Below are positions 10,735 through 20,504 of a stretch of 64,000 bases of DNA, one piece after another (within the stretch, counting starts at the first letter, position 1; each line of letters opens with the position of its first letter). The DNA comes from Bacteroidota bacterium (GTDB lineage: Bacteria > Bacteroidota > Bacteroidia > Chitinophagales > JADIYW01). The DNA is taken from the NCBI GenBank assembly GCA_016705125.1, contig JADIYW010000036.1:147195-211194 (forward strand). Direction: 5' to 3'. The notes beneath the pieces are model-generated. The model worked only from the letters and a program-made list of their open reading frames with translations, was not told the DNA's origin and did not search any database. The position numbers and the translations under genes were made by a program.

Positions 10735-11580
10735 TTGGACCGTTTATTTAAAAATAGATACATATTGTTTGCTTGCCTTTTTTTCATGGGTTTTTCATTA
10801 AATGCCCAAGAAAAAGAGTTCGGTGTATTTGTGGGCGGATCGAATTATTTTGGCGATTTAAATCCCAGTTATTCCTTCAAAGAAACAAGACCAGCAACAA
10901 GTATTTTTTATCGTTACAATTTTAATCCCCGTATGTCATTTCGGGCAGCAATGGGTTATTATTGGGTAACTGCATCCGATAACAAACAAAAAAAATACCC
11001 TTACCTACTCGCTCGGAATCTGAATTTTTCAAATCAAATAATAGAAGTTTCGGGTACTTATGAACTGAATTTTTTCAAATTTAATCCATTAAAGAAAAAA
11101 GATCGTTTTTCGCCTTACATATTTGTTGGAGCGAGTATTTTTTATTTCCAACCAACCACTAAATTTAATGGCAAAAAATATAGGCTACAAGAAATAGGAA
11201 CAGAAGGACAAAAAGGATATGATGAAGAAGTAGATAATGGATACAATACCTTTTCATTGGCAATTCCTTTTGGAGGTGGTATAAAATGGGCAATAAATAA
11301 AAAATTATCTCTTAATGTAGAATTTAATAGTCGAAAAACATTTACCGATTGGCTTGATGATGTCAGCGGCAATTATCCCGACCCTGAATCATTGTTTTTA
11401 GTGGATGAAAATGGCTCAATTGCATCTATTTTAAGCGACCGCTCTCCAGAAACAGGCATAGACCCAATTGCTGTAAATGGCAAACAAAGAGGAACTAGCA
11501 AGGATAAAGATCGTTTCAATTTTTTTGGAATAGGACTAACCTATACCATTTTTAATCCTAAATGCCCAAGACCATATTAA
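10735..11580 (+). CDS. Outer-membrane beta-barrel protein (DUF6089-like)
   Basis: Same frame as ORF 10660..11580. The start is moved to the in-frame TTG at 10735, giving the signal peptide (M)DRLFKNRYILFACLFFMGFSLNAQ. The mature part begins EFGVFVGGSNYFGDLN. The start codon remains uncertain. Confidence 0.6.
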   Translation: MDRLFKNRYILFACLFFMGFSLNAQEKEFGVFVGGSNYFGDLNPSYSFKETRPATSIFYRYNFNPRMSFRAAMGYYWVTASDNKQKKYPYLLARNLNFSNQIIEVSGTYELNFFKFNPLKKKDRFSPYIFVGASIFYFQPTTKFNGKKYRLQEIGTEGQKGYDEEVDNGYNTFSLAIPFGGGIKWAINKKLSLNVEFNSRKTFTDWLDDVSGNYPDPESLFLVDENGSIASILSDRSPETGIDPIAVNGKQRGTSKDKDRFNFFGIGLTYTIFNPKCPRPY

Positions 11581-11582
11581 AA

Positions 11583-12347
11583 ATGGAACAGACAATTGAA
11601 CAAATTTCTTATAAAGAATTACTTGCTTTGGATCATTTGCCTCAACATATTGCTATTATAATGGATGGAAATGGGCGATGGGCAAAAACACAAGGAAAGC
11701 ATAGAATATTTGGTCACAAAAATGGGGTAAAAGCAGTAAGAGAGGCAAGTGAGGGCTGTGCCGAAATAGGAGTTAAACATCTTACTTTATACGCTTTTTC
11801 AACCGAAAATTGGAATAGACCACAAATGGAAGTTTCGGCTCTAATGGAATTATTAATAATGACCATTGGTAAAGAAGTAAAGACACTACAAAAAAACAAC
11901 ATAAAACTAAATGCAATTGGACACATAAGTCTATTGCCCGATTCCTGTCAGAAAGCATTAAAAAAGGCTATAAACGAAACAAGCAACAATACTGGCCTTA
12001 CCCTTACCCTAGCATTAAGTTATAGCTCAAGAGTAGAAATTACTGATATGGTTCGGACCATAGCCCAAAAAGTAAAAAATGGACAATTAGAACCCAGCGA
12101 AATTACACCAGATATAATTGGAAACCACTTATATACACACAATATTCCCGACCCAGAATTACTTATCCGAACCAGTGGAGAAATGAGAATAAGCAATTTT
12201 CTGCTTTGGCAAATAGCCTATGCAGAGCTTTGCTTTATTGAAAAATATTGGCCCGATTTTACTAAAAATGATCTTTTTAAAGCAATTTATGATTTCCAAA
12301 ATACCGAAAGAAGATTTGGAATGACTAGCGAACAAATAACCAATTGA
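11583..12347 (+). CDS. uppS: Isoprenyl transferase (undecaprenyl-diphosphate synthase)
   Basis: Contains HIAIIMDGNGRWA, LTLYAFSTENWNRP and IRTSGEMRISNFLLWQ. The ATG at 11583 was chosen because the tracked start at 11562 overlaps the upstream gene. Confidence 0.9.
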   Translation: MEQTIEQISYKELLALDHLPQHIAIIMDGNGRWAKTQGKHRIFGHKNGVKAVREASEGCAEIGVKHLTLYAFSTENWNRPQMEVSALMELLIMTIGKEVKTLQKNNIKLNAIGHISLLPDSCQKALKKAINETSNNTGLTLTLALSYSSRVEITDMVRTIAQKVKNGQLEPSEITPDIIGNHLYTHNIPDPELLIRTSGEMRISNFLLWQIAYAELCFIEKYWPDFTKNDLFKAIYDFQNTERRFGMTSEQITN

Positions 12348-14998
12348 TGAAAAAAATTCTAATTATAAATTTATTCCTAATTTTTTGTCTTCAAAAAGGA
12401 CATAGTCAATCTAGAATTGATTCAGTAAATGTTGATTATGCCAAACCAGGTACTTTTATTTTGGCAGGTTATGACATAACAGGTACAAACTTTTTAGATA
12501 AATCCATTATTAAATCTCTAACGGGATTAGTAATTGGCGAAGAAATTGAAATCCCTGGAGAAGAGATATCCAAAGCAATTAGAAATTTATGGAAACAAGG
12601 TTTATTCTCAGATGTTTCAGTATATCTTACAGAGGTTGAAGGTCAAAATGCTTACTTAACCATTCAAGTAACCGAAAAACCTAAATTATCTGGATTCAAA
12701 TATGAAGCACGCAAATTAAAAAAAGGAGATATTGAGGATTACAATAAAAAATTAGATGCATTAAAAGGAAAACCAATTACCGAATCCTTAAAATTGAACG
12801 CTAAAAACATTTTAGAAGACCATTTTTCAGAAAAGAAATTCCTTTATCCTTCCATTGTAATCACCGAAGAAAAAGATAGTCTTTTGCCAAATGGAAGTTT
12901 TTTAAATTTAAAAATTGATAAAGGACCAAAAGTTAAAATTGACGAAATTACCTTTGAAGGGATTGAAATAGGTGATGAAAGAAAGATAAGAAAAGCAATG
13001 AAAGGCACTAAAGCAAAAACTAGTGTAAAATTTATTAAACCAGAAGATAAAGAAATTTTTACTGATAAAACCAAAAGACGCAATTTCTTATATACTATTG
13101 CCAATTTAAATTGGAGATCAGTAAGAGATTTTTTTAGTGACAGAGTTAGACTTTCTATTTTTAAAGCCTCAAAGTTCCAAGAAGAAACCTACGAAACCGA
13201 CAAAAGAGCTGTTATTGATTATTATAATAGCATGGGTCATCGAGATGCAACAATTACATTCGACACTGTATATCGTTCATCAAATAATGGCTTAAAAATA
13301 GAAGTCAAAATTAATGAAGGCAAAAAATACTATTTCAGAAATATCGATTATAGAGGTAATGCAAAATATTCGAACGAACAACTTTCGAAAATAGTAGGCA
13401 TTAAAAAAGGAGATGTTTATAATGCTCAATTATTGCAAAAAAAATTATCCCTTGACCCCAATGGAACCGATGTTTCTACCTTATATTATGATGATGGTTA
13501 TTTATTTTTCTCAATTAATCCAACTGAAACTGCAATTGTTGGAGATTCAATTGACTTGGAAATAAGAATAAATGAAGGACCACAAGCAACCATTAAAAAT
13601 ATAATCATTGTCGGTAATGACAAAACGAATGAAAATGTAATAAGAAGAGAATTACGAACATTACCTGGTAATAAATTTAGTCGAACAGACCTAATTCGGT
13701 CGCAAAGGGAAATTGCTAACTTAGGATTTTTTGATGCTGAAAAAATTGAAGTCAATCCAATTCCACATCCTGAAGATGGTACTGTGGATATTGAATACAA
13801 AGTGGTAGAAAAATCTGCCGACCAAGTAGAGCTTTCAGCTGGCTGGGGTGGATCTCAAGGTTTAATTGGCACATTAGGCCTTTCATTCAATAACTTTTCA
13901 ATAAAAAACATGTTTAAAAAAGGTGCTTGGTCACCACTTCCAACAGGTGATGGTCAGAAACTAAGCATAAGAGCACAAAGTAATGGTAAAAGATATCAAA
14001 CTTACAATTTCTCGTTTACTGAGCCTTGGCTTGGTGGGCACAAACCAAATTCATTTTCAGTAAGTGCTTTCAGCTCCCGTTTTCAAGAAATAAATAGTGA
14101 TAGAACTGTAACTGGTAAGCAAATAACCAACGGATTTTCAATCGGCTTGGGCACAAGATTAAAAAGACCAGATGATTATTTTATTCTTCAAAGTTCATTT
14201 AATTTCCAAAATTATAACCTTAAAAACTTCAAACAATTTATTGGAAATAATGGCGAATTTATTTCAAATGGAAGTTTTAATAATATGAATCTTAAGCTTT
14301 CTTTATCTCGAAACTCCATCGACCAACCCATTTTTCCTACTAGTGGTGCAAACATTGAACTTACAGGTCAATTTACACCACCTTATTCTGTTATTAAAAA
14401 AAGGGACTATTCTGAACCTATTCCTGCTGATGAAAAATATCAATGGATTGAATACCACAAATGGCGTTTCAATGTAGATTGGTATCAATCATTAGGTAAA
14501 AAATTCGTTTTAAGAACTGCAGCAAAATTTGGTTTCCTAGGAACATATAATAAGAAAAATGGATTATCTCCATTTGAAAGATATGAAGTAGGTGGTAACG
14601 GATTACCTGGAAATGTGCAATTATTTGGTACAGATATCATTTCCCATAGAGGTTATAATGTATATTCTCCTTCAGGTGGAGCAGCATTATTCAACAAATT
14701 TACGGTAGAACTTAGGTATCCTTTCTCTCTTAATCCACAAGCCTCTGTTTGGGCTACAGCATTTTATGAATCTGGTAATTCTTGGAATGGATTTAAAGAA
14801 TATAATCCTTTCAAACTTAACCGAAGTGTTGGTATGGGTATAAGAGCTATGCTACCAATGTTTGGTCTTTTGGGTGTTGATTACGGTGTTCGATTTGACT
14901 CCCAACCAGGAAGCTTAATAACTCCAGCTAAAGGATTTTTTGATTACATAGGAAAAAATGGAGAATTTACAATAATTTTAGGGTTTGAACCAGAATAA
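12344..14998 (+). CDS. bamA: Outer-membrane protein assembly factor BamA
   Basis: 884-aa ORF with a signal peptide, repeated POTRA segments and a C-terminal Omp85 barrel. Its ATGA start overlaps the uppS stop, and it is followed by two ompH genes, the classic synteny. Confidence 0.92.
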   Translation: MMKKILIINLFLIFCLQKGHSQSRIDSVNVDYAKPGTFILAGYDITGTNFLDKSIIKSLTGLVIGEEIEIPGEEISKAIRNLWKQGLFSDVSVYLTEVEGQNAYLTIQVTEKPKLSGFKYEARKLKKGDIEDYNKKLDALKGKPITESLKLNAKNILEDHFSEKKFLYPSIVITEEKDSLLPNGSFLNLKIDKGPKVKIDEITFEGIEIGDERKIRKAMKGTKAKTSVKFIKPEDKEIFTDKTKRRNFLYTIANLNWRSVRDFFSDRVRLSIFKASKFQEETYETDKRAVIDYYNSMGHRDATITFDTVYRSSNNGLKIEVKINEGKKYYFRNIDYRGNAKYSNEQLSKIVGIKKGDVYNAQLLQKKLSLDPNGTDVSTLYYDDGYLFFSINPTETAIVGDSIDLEIRINEGPQATIKNIIIVGNDKTNENVIRRELRTLPGNKFSRTDLIRSQREIANLGFFDAEKIEVNPIPHPEDGTVDIEYKVVEKSADQVELSAGWGGSQGLIGTLGLSFNNFSIKNMFKKGAWSPLPTGDGQKLSIRAQSNGKRYQTYNFSFTEPWLGGHKPNSFSVSAFSSRFQEINSDRTVTGKQITNGFSIGLGTRLKRPDDYFILQSSFNFQNYNLKNFKQFIGNNGEFISNGSFNNMNLKLSLSRNSIDQPIFPTSGANIELTGQFTPPYSVIKKRDYSEPIPADEKYQWIEYHKWRFNVDWYQSLGKKFVLRTAAKFGFLGTYNKKNGLSPFERYEVGGNGLPGNVQLFGTDIISHRGYNVYSPSGGAALFNKFTVELRYPFSLNPQASVWATAFYESGNSWNGFKEYNPFKLNRSVGMGIRAMLPMFGLLGVDYGVRFDSQPGSLITPAKGFFDYIGKNGEFTIILGFEPE

Positions 14999-15081
14999 CA
15001 ATTGTAAAAATATGCTAATTTTTATTTAATTTATTTTTTTGGCATACCGTTTGAAACTTAACTATTAAAATAAGAAAAAAA

Positions 15082-15594
15082 ATGAAAAAAATATTATTAA
15101 TCGCTTTAATTTTTATAGGTGCATTTAATGCTTCAGCACAAAGATTTGCCTATGTGGATACAGATTATATTCTGAAGAAATTGCCTGCTTATTCTGAGGC
15201 TCAAAAAAAATTAGATGCTACTGCTGCTACTTGGAAAGAAGAAATTGATTTAAAGTTTCAGAATGTAGCTAAGTTGTATGAGAAATTCCAACAAGAGAAG
15301 TTTTTGCTTACCGAGGAAATGAAAACTAAAAGAGAAGAAGAAATAGTTGCTAAAGAGGCAGAAGCGAACAAACTACAAAAGGACAGATTTGGTTTTGAAG
15401 GAGAATTATACAAAAAAAGAAAAGAATTAGTACAACCAATACAAGACAAAGTCTTTGATGCTATTCAAAAATTAGCAACCACAAGAGGATACGATTTTAT
15501 TTTCGACAAATCAAGTGGCGGATCAAGTATGCTATATTCAAATCCAACTTACGACTTAAGCGACCAAATATTAAAAAATCTCGGAATTAATTAA
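15082..15594 (+). CDS. OmpH/Skp-family periplasmic chaperone
   Basis: 170-aa ORF with a signal peptide and a K/E-rich coiled-coil core. It lies immediately downstream of bamA. Confidence 0.85.
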   Translation: MKKILLIALIFIGAFNASAQRFAYVDTDYILKKLPAYSEAQKKLDATAATWKEEIDLKFQNVAKLYEKFQQEKFLLTEEMKTKREEEIVAKEAEANKLQKDRFGFEGELYKKRKELVQPIQDKVFDAIQKLATTRGYDFIFDKSSGGSSMLYSNPTYDLSDQILKNLGIN

Positions 15595-15635
15595 AATTAT
15601 TATTTTTGCACCTAGTTATTTAAAAAAAAATTGAA

Positions 15636-16154
15636 ATGAAAAAAATTTTATTAGTGATTGTAGTTGTGTTAGCCTTGGGAACAAAGGCGAATGCACAAAT
15701 GAAAGTGAACAAATTAGGATACATCAACTCTCTAGAATTATTGAGTTTAATGCCTGAAACAAAAGTAGCTGATGAAAAGCTTGAAAAGTATGGCAAAGAT
15801 TTGGAAGGACTTTACGATCAAATGATTAAAGAAGGACAAACCAAAGCAGCTGAGTTTGAAAAAATTAGCCGTGACTCTACTGTTAATGATGTAACACTAC
15901 AATTTAAATATGAAGAATTGATGTCTTTACAAAAAAAAGTAGGTGATTTTGAAGCCTCTATCAATGAGAAAATTGGCGCAAAAAGAGAAGAGTTCTATGC
16001 ACCAATTGTAGAGAAAGCAAACAATGCAATTAAGGCAGTTGCAAAAGAAAATGGCTTTACTTATATCTTTGATGCAAGTGCAGGTTCTATTGTTTATGCA
16101 GACGAAACTGACGATGTGTTGCCATTGGTAAAGAAAAAATTAGCGATTCAATAA
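15636..16154 (+). CDS. OmpH/Skp-family periplasmic chaperone (second paralog)
   Basis: 172-aa ORF with the same architecture as the preceding gene. Confidence 0.85.
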   Translation: MKKILLVIVVVLALGTKANAQMKVNKLGYINSLELLSLMPETKVADEKLEKYGKDLEGLYDQMIKEGQTKAAEFEKISRDSTVNDVTLQFKYEELMSLQKKVGDFEASINEKIGAKREEFYAPIVEKANNAIKAVAKENGFTYIFDASAGSIVYADETDDVLPLVKKKLAIQ

Positions 16155-16165
16155 AAACTGAACCA

Positions 16166-16978
16166 TTGATTGATTCAGAAAAATCGATTGGAATATTTGA
16201 TTCAGGAATTGGCGGCCTTACGGTCGCCAATGCTGTTTTAAGGGAATTGCCAAACGAAAATCTCATTTATTTTGGCGACACAGCCCACCTTCCCTATGGC
16301 GATAAATCGCCCGAAACAATACAATTTTTCTCAAAAACGATAGGCGAATTCTTGCTTTTCAAAGATTGTAAGTTAATCATAATTGCTTGCAATACCGCCT
16401 CCTCAGTAGCTTACGAACTATTACAGGAAATGGCCATTGATAAAGCCATTGTGGTAGATGTTATTAATCCTGTGGTAGACTATACCATTAATAAGGGATT
16501 CAAAAAAGTTGGCATAATTGGCACTCAAGGAACAATAAACACTGGCGCCTATCAAAAGAAAATAAACGAAAAAAATCCTAACATAGACGTAGTTAGCCTT
16601 GCTACACCGCTACTTGCACCAATGATTGAAAGCGGTTTTTCAAATGGACAAATAAGCAAACTAGTAATTGAAGAATACCTCAAAAATCCAATGTTTATTG
16701 GTATAGATGCTTTGATTCTTGGTTGCACGCATTACCCATTAATAAAAAAAGAAGTAGAAGAATTTTTCCATAACAACAAAATTGAAATATTAGCAACCAA
16801 TGAAATTATTGGCCAACATGTAAAAAAAATAATTGAAGAAAAAAACTTAAATAGGAAAGGAAGTGGCGGAAAACATAAGTTTTATGTTTCTGACTATACT
16901 GAAAATTTTGCCAAAGCCACTAAATTATTTTATGGAGAATCGGTTGATTTGGTTAAACTTCAGATTACAAAAGAATAA
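16166..16978 (+). CDS. murI: Glutamate racemase
   Basis: 270-aa ORF with a TTG start. It carries IGIFDSGIGGLTV, ACNTAS and GCTHYP, which are the catalytic-cysteine motifs. Confidence 0.9.
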   Translation: MIDSEKSIGIFDSGIGGLTVANAVLRELPNENLIYFGDTAHLPYGDKSPETIQFFSKTIGEFLLFKDCKLIIIACNTASSVAYELLQEMAIDKAIVVDVINPVVDYTINKGFKKVGIIGTQGTINTGAYQKKINEKNPNIDVVSLATPLLAPMIESGFSNGQISKLVIEEYLKNPMFIGIDALILGCTHYPLIKKEVEEFFHNNKIEILATNEIIGQHVKKIIEEKNLNRKGSGGKHKFYVSDYTENFAKATKLFYGESVDLVKLQITKE

Positions 16979-16981
16979 AAT

Positions 16982-18142
16982 TTAAACCTTAAAAAGTAGA
17001 TTTATTGCTTCTCTCAATTTGTCTTCAGTAGTCACACTATTCAAACTTTCAACTTCTTCAAAATAATTGATAGCCTCATTTAAGTCAAGAGATGCCTGTG
17101 TTGCAAATTTCGCAACGCCTTTTCTATCCAATTCAACAGCCAAATATTCCTGCTCAGTTTGACCAGGAGTTGGCACAAAAAATGCCTTTTTCCCGATTGC
17201 ATTTAAATCCATAACGGTACTATAACCCGACCGACATAAAATTCCTTTTGCATAAAACATGTAATTATACAAGTCTTGGCCATATAGGTGGCTAATATTT
17301 ATAAAATTTCCAACCGCTTTTTTTTGATTCAATTCAGGCTTTCCCTCAATTATAACAAATTTTTTATCCGTTTTTTCTGCTTGTGCTTCTATTATTTTTT
17401 GAAAAATACTTCTCTGTGGTTCAGGCCCTGAAAGTAAAACCAAAATATATTCGTAAGGAATCGGTCTTTCAGTCGGTTTCATTTTAGCAAATCGGCTTAG
17501 CACGCCTATAAAATTGGCCTTTTGGGGCAATGTATAATCATGGGTAAGACCACCACTCAAATTTAGTCGACCTTCATTATCAGGAATCCAAATTTGCTGA
17601 AAAGGCTTCATAAAACTCAGATGGAAATTATACAACCACTTACGACCAAATTTTAGTTGACTCGGCACCATTAACGCCATTTGATGACAAACAAAAATAT
17701 TCTGTGCAGTGAAACAAAAAACGCCGTATCTATTATCCGAAATGATTAAATCAAATTTTTCCTTTAGCTGCAATTCACGCACAAATTTCTTTTCAACTCC
17801 GATTCTCCTTATCACTTTAGGCACTTGTTTCAGCGCTGCCCACACCATTCCATTCCCTGATGGGTATTCAAAATCATACCCTGGAATTTCGATACACCTC
17901 AAATTGGGAAAAGTGGCTTTTAACAAATCAAGCGATCTACCATTAGAACCCAAAACCACTTCCACGTTTTTTTCCAAAAATGCCTCCACAATCGGAATAC
18001 ACCGTGTGGCATGCCCCAAACCCCAATCAAGCGGAGCAATGAGTATCTTTTTAATATCTATAGGAAAATCTGACAATTTTTTTTTACCTTTAACACTACA
18101 AAGGAAAATAATTTTTCCCAATAATCGTTTTAATAAATACAA
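16982..18142 (-). CDS. Glycosyltransferase (MurG/GT28-like family)
   Basis: Contains ILIAPLDWGLGHATRCIPIV and a C-terminal GYSTVMDL...FVPTPGQTEQE. The tracked start is a TTG at 18142. The real start may be the in-frame TTG near 18076, giving (M)SDFPIDIKKILIAPL. Confidence 0.7.
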   Translation of the reverse strand: MYLLKRLLGKIIFLCSVKGKKKLSDFPIDIKKILIAPLDWGLGHATRCIPIVEAFLEKNVEVVLGSNGRSLDLLKATFPNLRCIEIPGYDFEYPSGNGMVWAALKQVPKVIRRIGVEKKFVRELQLKEKFDLIISDNRYGVFCFTAQNIFVCHQMALMVPSQLKFGRKWLYNFHLSFMKPFQQIWIPDNEGRLNLSGGLTHDYTLPQKANFIGVLSRFAKMKPTERPIPYEYILVLLSGPEPQRSIFQKIIEAQAEKTDKKFVIIEGKPELNQKKAVGNFINISHLYGQDLYNYMFYAKGILCRSGYSTVMDLNAIGKKAFFVPTPGQTEQEYLAVELDRKGVAKFATQASLDLNEAINYFEEVESLNSVTTEDKLREAINLLFKV

Positions 18143-18291
18143 TGAAACAAAAATTGATTTTGGCCACCCTTTTGATAATAAGCCTTTCGCTTACAAGTTG
18201 CTCTGGTTCCAAACGAGCTGCCAAAAAATGTGGTTGTCCTCATTGGGGTAAATTAGATGACCACAAAGGGGAAAAGACAATAGAAAACTAG
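18142..18291 (+). CDS. Small predicted lipoprotein (49 aa)
   Basis: Own translation: MKQKLILATLLIISLSLTSCSGSKRAAKKCGCPHWGKLDDHKGEKTIEN, ending in a stop. It has a clean signal peptide with lipobox L-T-S-C. It is below the ORF-track size cut-off. No homology evidence is available to me. Confidence 0.35.
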   Translation: MKQKLILATLLIISLSLTSCSGSKRAAKKCGCPHWGKLDDHKGEKTIEN

Positions 18292-18301
18292 GTACATAAA
18301 A

Positions 18302-19309
18302 TTAGTTCGACACCAACTCCTCCACTCCAATTCCAGCATATTCCGATAGTATTTTATCAAAAATAGCTTCTATTTCATGTATTTCATCGGTTGTTACCAA
18401 TTGAATTCTAAATGGCTTTACATTTGGTAAATTTTTTAAATAATTGGCATAATGCGGTCTCATTTCCATAACACCTACTTTATCCCCTTTCCAATCTAAG
18501 CTTTTTCTAAAATGTTCGCGCACAGCTGCTATCCTTTCTTCAATAGTTGGTGGAAGCAATATGGTACCATCCTTTAAAAAGGCTTTTATTTCTCTAAAAA
18601 CCCACGGATAGCCTATCGCAGCCCTTCCAATCATTATTCCATCTATGCCGTATCTATTTTTATATTCCAATGCCTTTTGTGGCGAATTAATATCCCCATT
18701 TCCAAAAATCGGAATTTTCATGCGAGGATTATTTTTTACTGCTCCAATCAAAGTCCAATCGGCTTCTCCCTTATACATTTGCATCCTTGTACGTCCATGA
18801 ATCGAAAGTGCTTGCACGCCAATATCTTGTAAGCGCTCTGCCACTTCTACAATATTTTTGGTACTTTCGTCCCAGCCAAGTCGTGTTTTAACAGTAACTG
18901 GCTTATTCGTTGATTTTATTACGCCTTCTGTCAGTTTTATCATCAGCGGTATATCTTTCAATATCCCAGCGCCTGCCATTTTACACACTACTTTCTTTAC
19001 CGGACAGCCATAATTTATATCAATCAAATCTGGATTTGCTTCATCGGCAATTCTGGTTGCTCCCGACATCGACTCCAATTCGCCCCCAAACAATTGTATT
19101 CCAATAGGGCGTTCATAATCATATACATCTAGTTTCTGTAGACTTTTTTGAGCATCGCGAACCAAACCCTCTGACGATATAAACTCAGTATACATCAAAT
19201 CGGCACCCATTTTTTTACACACCGACCTAAACGGCGGATCACTCACATCCTCCATCGGAGCAAGCAATAATGGAAATTCACCTAATTCTATCGAACCAAT
19301 TTTTATCAC
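18302..19309 (-). CDS. dusB: tRNA-dihydrouridine synthase B
   Basis: Contains LLLAPMEDVSDPPFR, INYGCPVKKV and VTVKTRLGWD. The start is set at GTG 19309, giving (M)IKIGSIELGEF. The 39-codon N-terminal extension of the tracked ORF overlaps the divergent gene and its promoter box. Confidence 0.88.
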   Translation of the reverse strand: MIKIGSIELGEFPLLLAPMEDVSDPPFRSVCKKMGADLMYTEFISSEGLVRDAQKSLQKLDVYDYERPIGIQLFGGELESMSGATRIADEANPDLIDINYGCPVKKVVCKMAGAGILKDIPLMIKLTEGVIKSTNKPVTVKTRLGWDESTKNIVEVAERLQDIGVQALSIHGRTRMQMYKGEADWTLIGAVKNNPRMKIPIFGNGDINSPQKALEYKNRYGIDGIMIGRAAIGYPWVFREIKAFLKDGTILLPPTIEERIAAVREHFRKSLDWKGDKVGVMEMRPHYANYLKNLPNVKPFRIQLVTTDEIHEIEAIFDKILSEYAGIGVEELVSN

Positions 19310-19323
19310 TACTAAAAAAAATG

Positions 19324-19331
19324 TATTTTTG
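19324..19331 (+). promoter_or_regulatory. -7 promoter box TATTTTTG for the CPBP protease gene
   Basis: Exact TAnnTTTG match 18 nt upstream of ATG 19349. Confidence 0.4.
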
Positions 19332-19333
19332 TG

Positions 19334-19341
19334 CAAATATA
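19334..19341 (-). promoter_or_regulatory. -7 promoter box TATATTTG for dusB
   Basis: Exact TAnnTTTG on the minus strand (plus strand reads caaatata), about 25 nt upstream of the proposed GTG start at 19309. Confidence 0.4.
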
Positions 19342-19348
19342 CAACCAA

Positions 19349-20317
19349 ATGACCGAAAGTGATAATAATCGAAAAATTGAAAGACAATTTCATTCGCCGA
19401 TGGAGGAATGGGATCCTGTTGGTCAATTTATCTTTCTAATTGGAATGTTTATTTTTATGGCTATACTCTTGGGCTTCTTTAGTCAAGTTGTTTTAAAACA
19501 AATATACGGTGAGGCTTTTAGTATCGGCATGTCCGATTTTATTCAAACTCACCCCAAAGACCTAAATGCTATTCGATTAGTACAAATCATAAGCACGATT
19601 TGTACTTTTTTAATTCCTGCATTGCTTTTTAGCAAATTAAAAACTGGCAATTCATTCATATATATATTAGGCAATCAAAAACCAACCCTACGTCTTTTGG
19701 GTTTTATACCAGGCATCGTTTTATTTTTTCTTCCTTTAGCTTTCATAATCCACGAATTAAATACCAATATTGAATTTATTAACCCAAACATAGAAAAAGA
19801 ATTAAGGAACATTACAAAACAAGGAGAAGAAATTATAAATGCATTATTAAACAACAAATCTCCCCTGGTTTTTTGTATTAATTTTTTAATGATTGCTATT
19901 TTGCCTGCTTTTTGTGAGGAAATTTTCTTTCGAGGTGCATTACAAAAATTAATCATTGATCAATCAAAGAATATACATGTCGGCATTTTAATAAGTGCCC
20001 TAATTTTTAGCATAATCCATGGTGATTTTTATGGCTTCTTCCCTCGTGCCGCCTTAGGTGTCATTTTTGGTTATTTAGTGGTTTGGGGTGGCAGTATTTG
20101 GTACAGTATTTTTGCGCATTTTATTTTCAATGGTTTACAAGCCGCCTTTATGTATTATGCATTATTTAATAAAAACATCAATATTGAATCGACTGACACG
20201 AATTCTATTTCACCAACAAATACGGTGCTTTTTACTGTTTTTTTTCTTATTTTAATGTTTACCTTTCATTCTATTTCAAAACAACAAAATGAAAATTATG
20301 AGCGAACAATGGATTAA
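19349..20317 (+). CDS. CPBP-family intramembrane glutamic endopeptidase (CAAX protease family)
   Basis: Multi-pass membrane protein with CEEIFFRG and FSIIHG...FFPR motifs. ATG 19349 was chosen because the tracked GTG 19331 lies inside the promoter box. Confidence 0.75.
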   Translation: MTESDNNRKIERQFHSPMEEWDPVGQFIFLIGMFIFMAILLGFFSQVVLKQIYGEAFSIGMSDFIQTHPKDLNAIRLVQIISTICTFLIPALLFSKLKTGNSFIYILGNQKPTLRLLGFIPGIVLFFLPLAFIIHELNTNIEFINPNIEKELRNITKQGEEIINALLNNKSPLVFCINFLMIAILPAFCEEIFFRGALQKLIIDQSKNIHVGILISALIFSIIHGDFYGFFPRAALGVIFGYLVVWGGSIWYSIFAHFIFNGLQAAFMYYALFNKNINIESTDTNSISPTNTVLFTVFFLILMFTFHSISKQQNENYERTMD

Positions 20318-20504
20318 AATAGCAGCATTCAAAGAGGATTACAAGGCTGAAATGGTAAAATCATTTTTAGAAGAGGAGGAAATTTTATGTAAAATATTGA
20401 ATAAAAAAGATGCCGCTTATGTAATGATCGGCGAAATTGAAATTTTAGTACTACAATCAGACATAATAAGAGCAACTCAAATCATCCAAAATTTAGCATT
20501 ATGA
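20289..20504 (+). CDS. DUF2007-like small protein (putative signal-transducing protein fold)
   Basis: 71-aa ORF. WIKIAAFKEDYKAEMVKSFLEEEEILCKILNKKD...IEILV resembles the DUF2007 family. It overlaps the end of the upstream gene, and the true start may be the ATG at 20298. Confidence 0.5.
   Translation: MKIMSEQWIKIAAFKEDYKAEMVKSFLEEEEILCKILNKKDAAYVMIGEIEILVLQSDIIRATQIIQNLAL

Noticed and set aside
11562-11582. Longer N-terminal extensions in the ORF track for uppS (11562), dusB (19426), rhodanese (40457), mce (50767), SDR (46904), DUF6089-like (10660) and scpB (61505)
   Set aside because: The extensions overlap upstream genes or promoter boxes. They add atypical residues ahead of family-typical N-termini, or start at weak TTG/GTG codons where a better ATG follows. 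Shorter starts were adopted, though all remain unverified.
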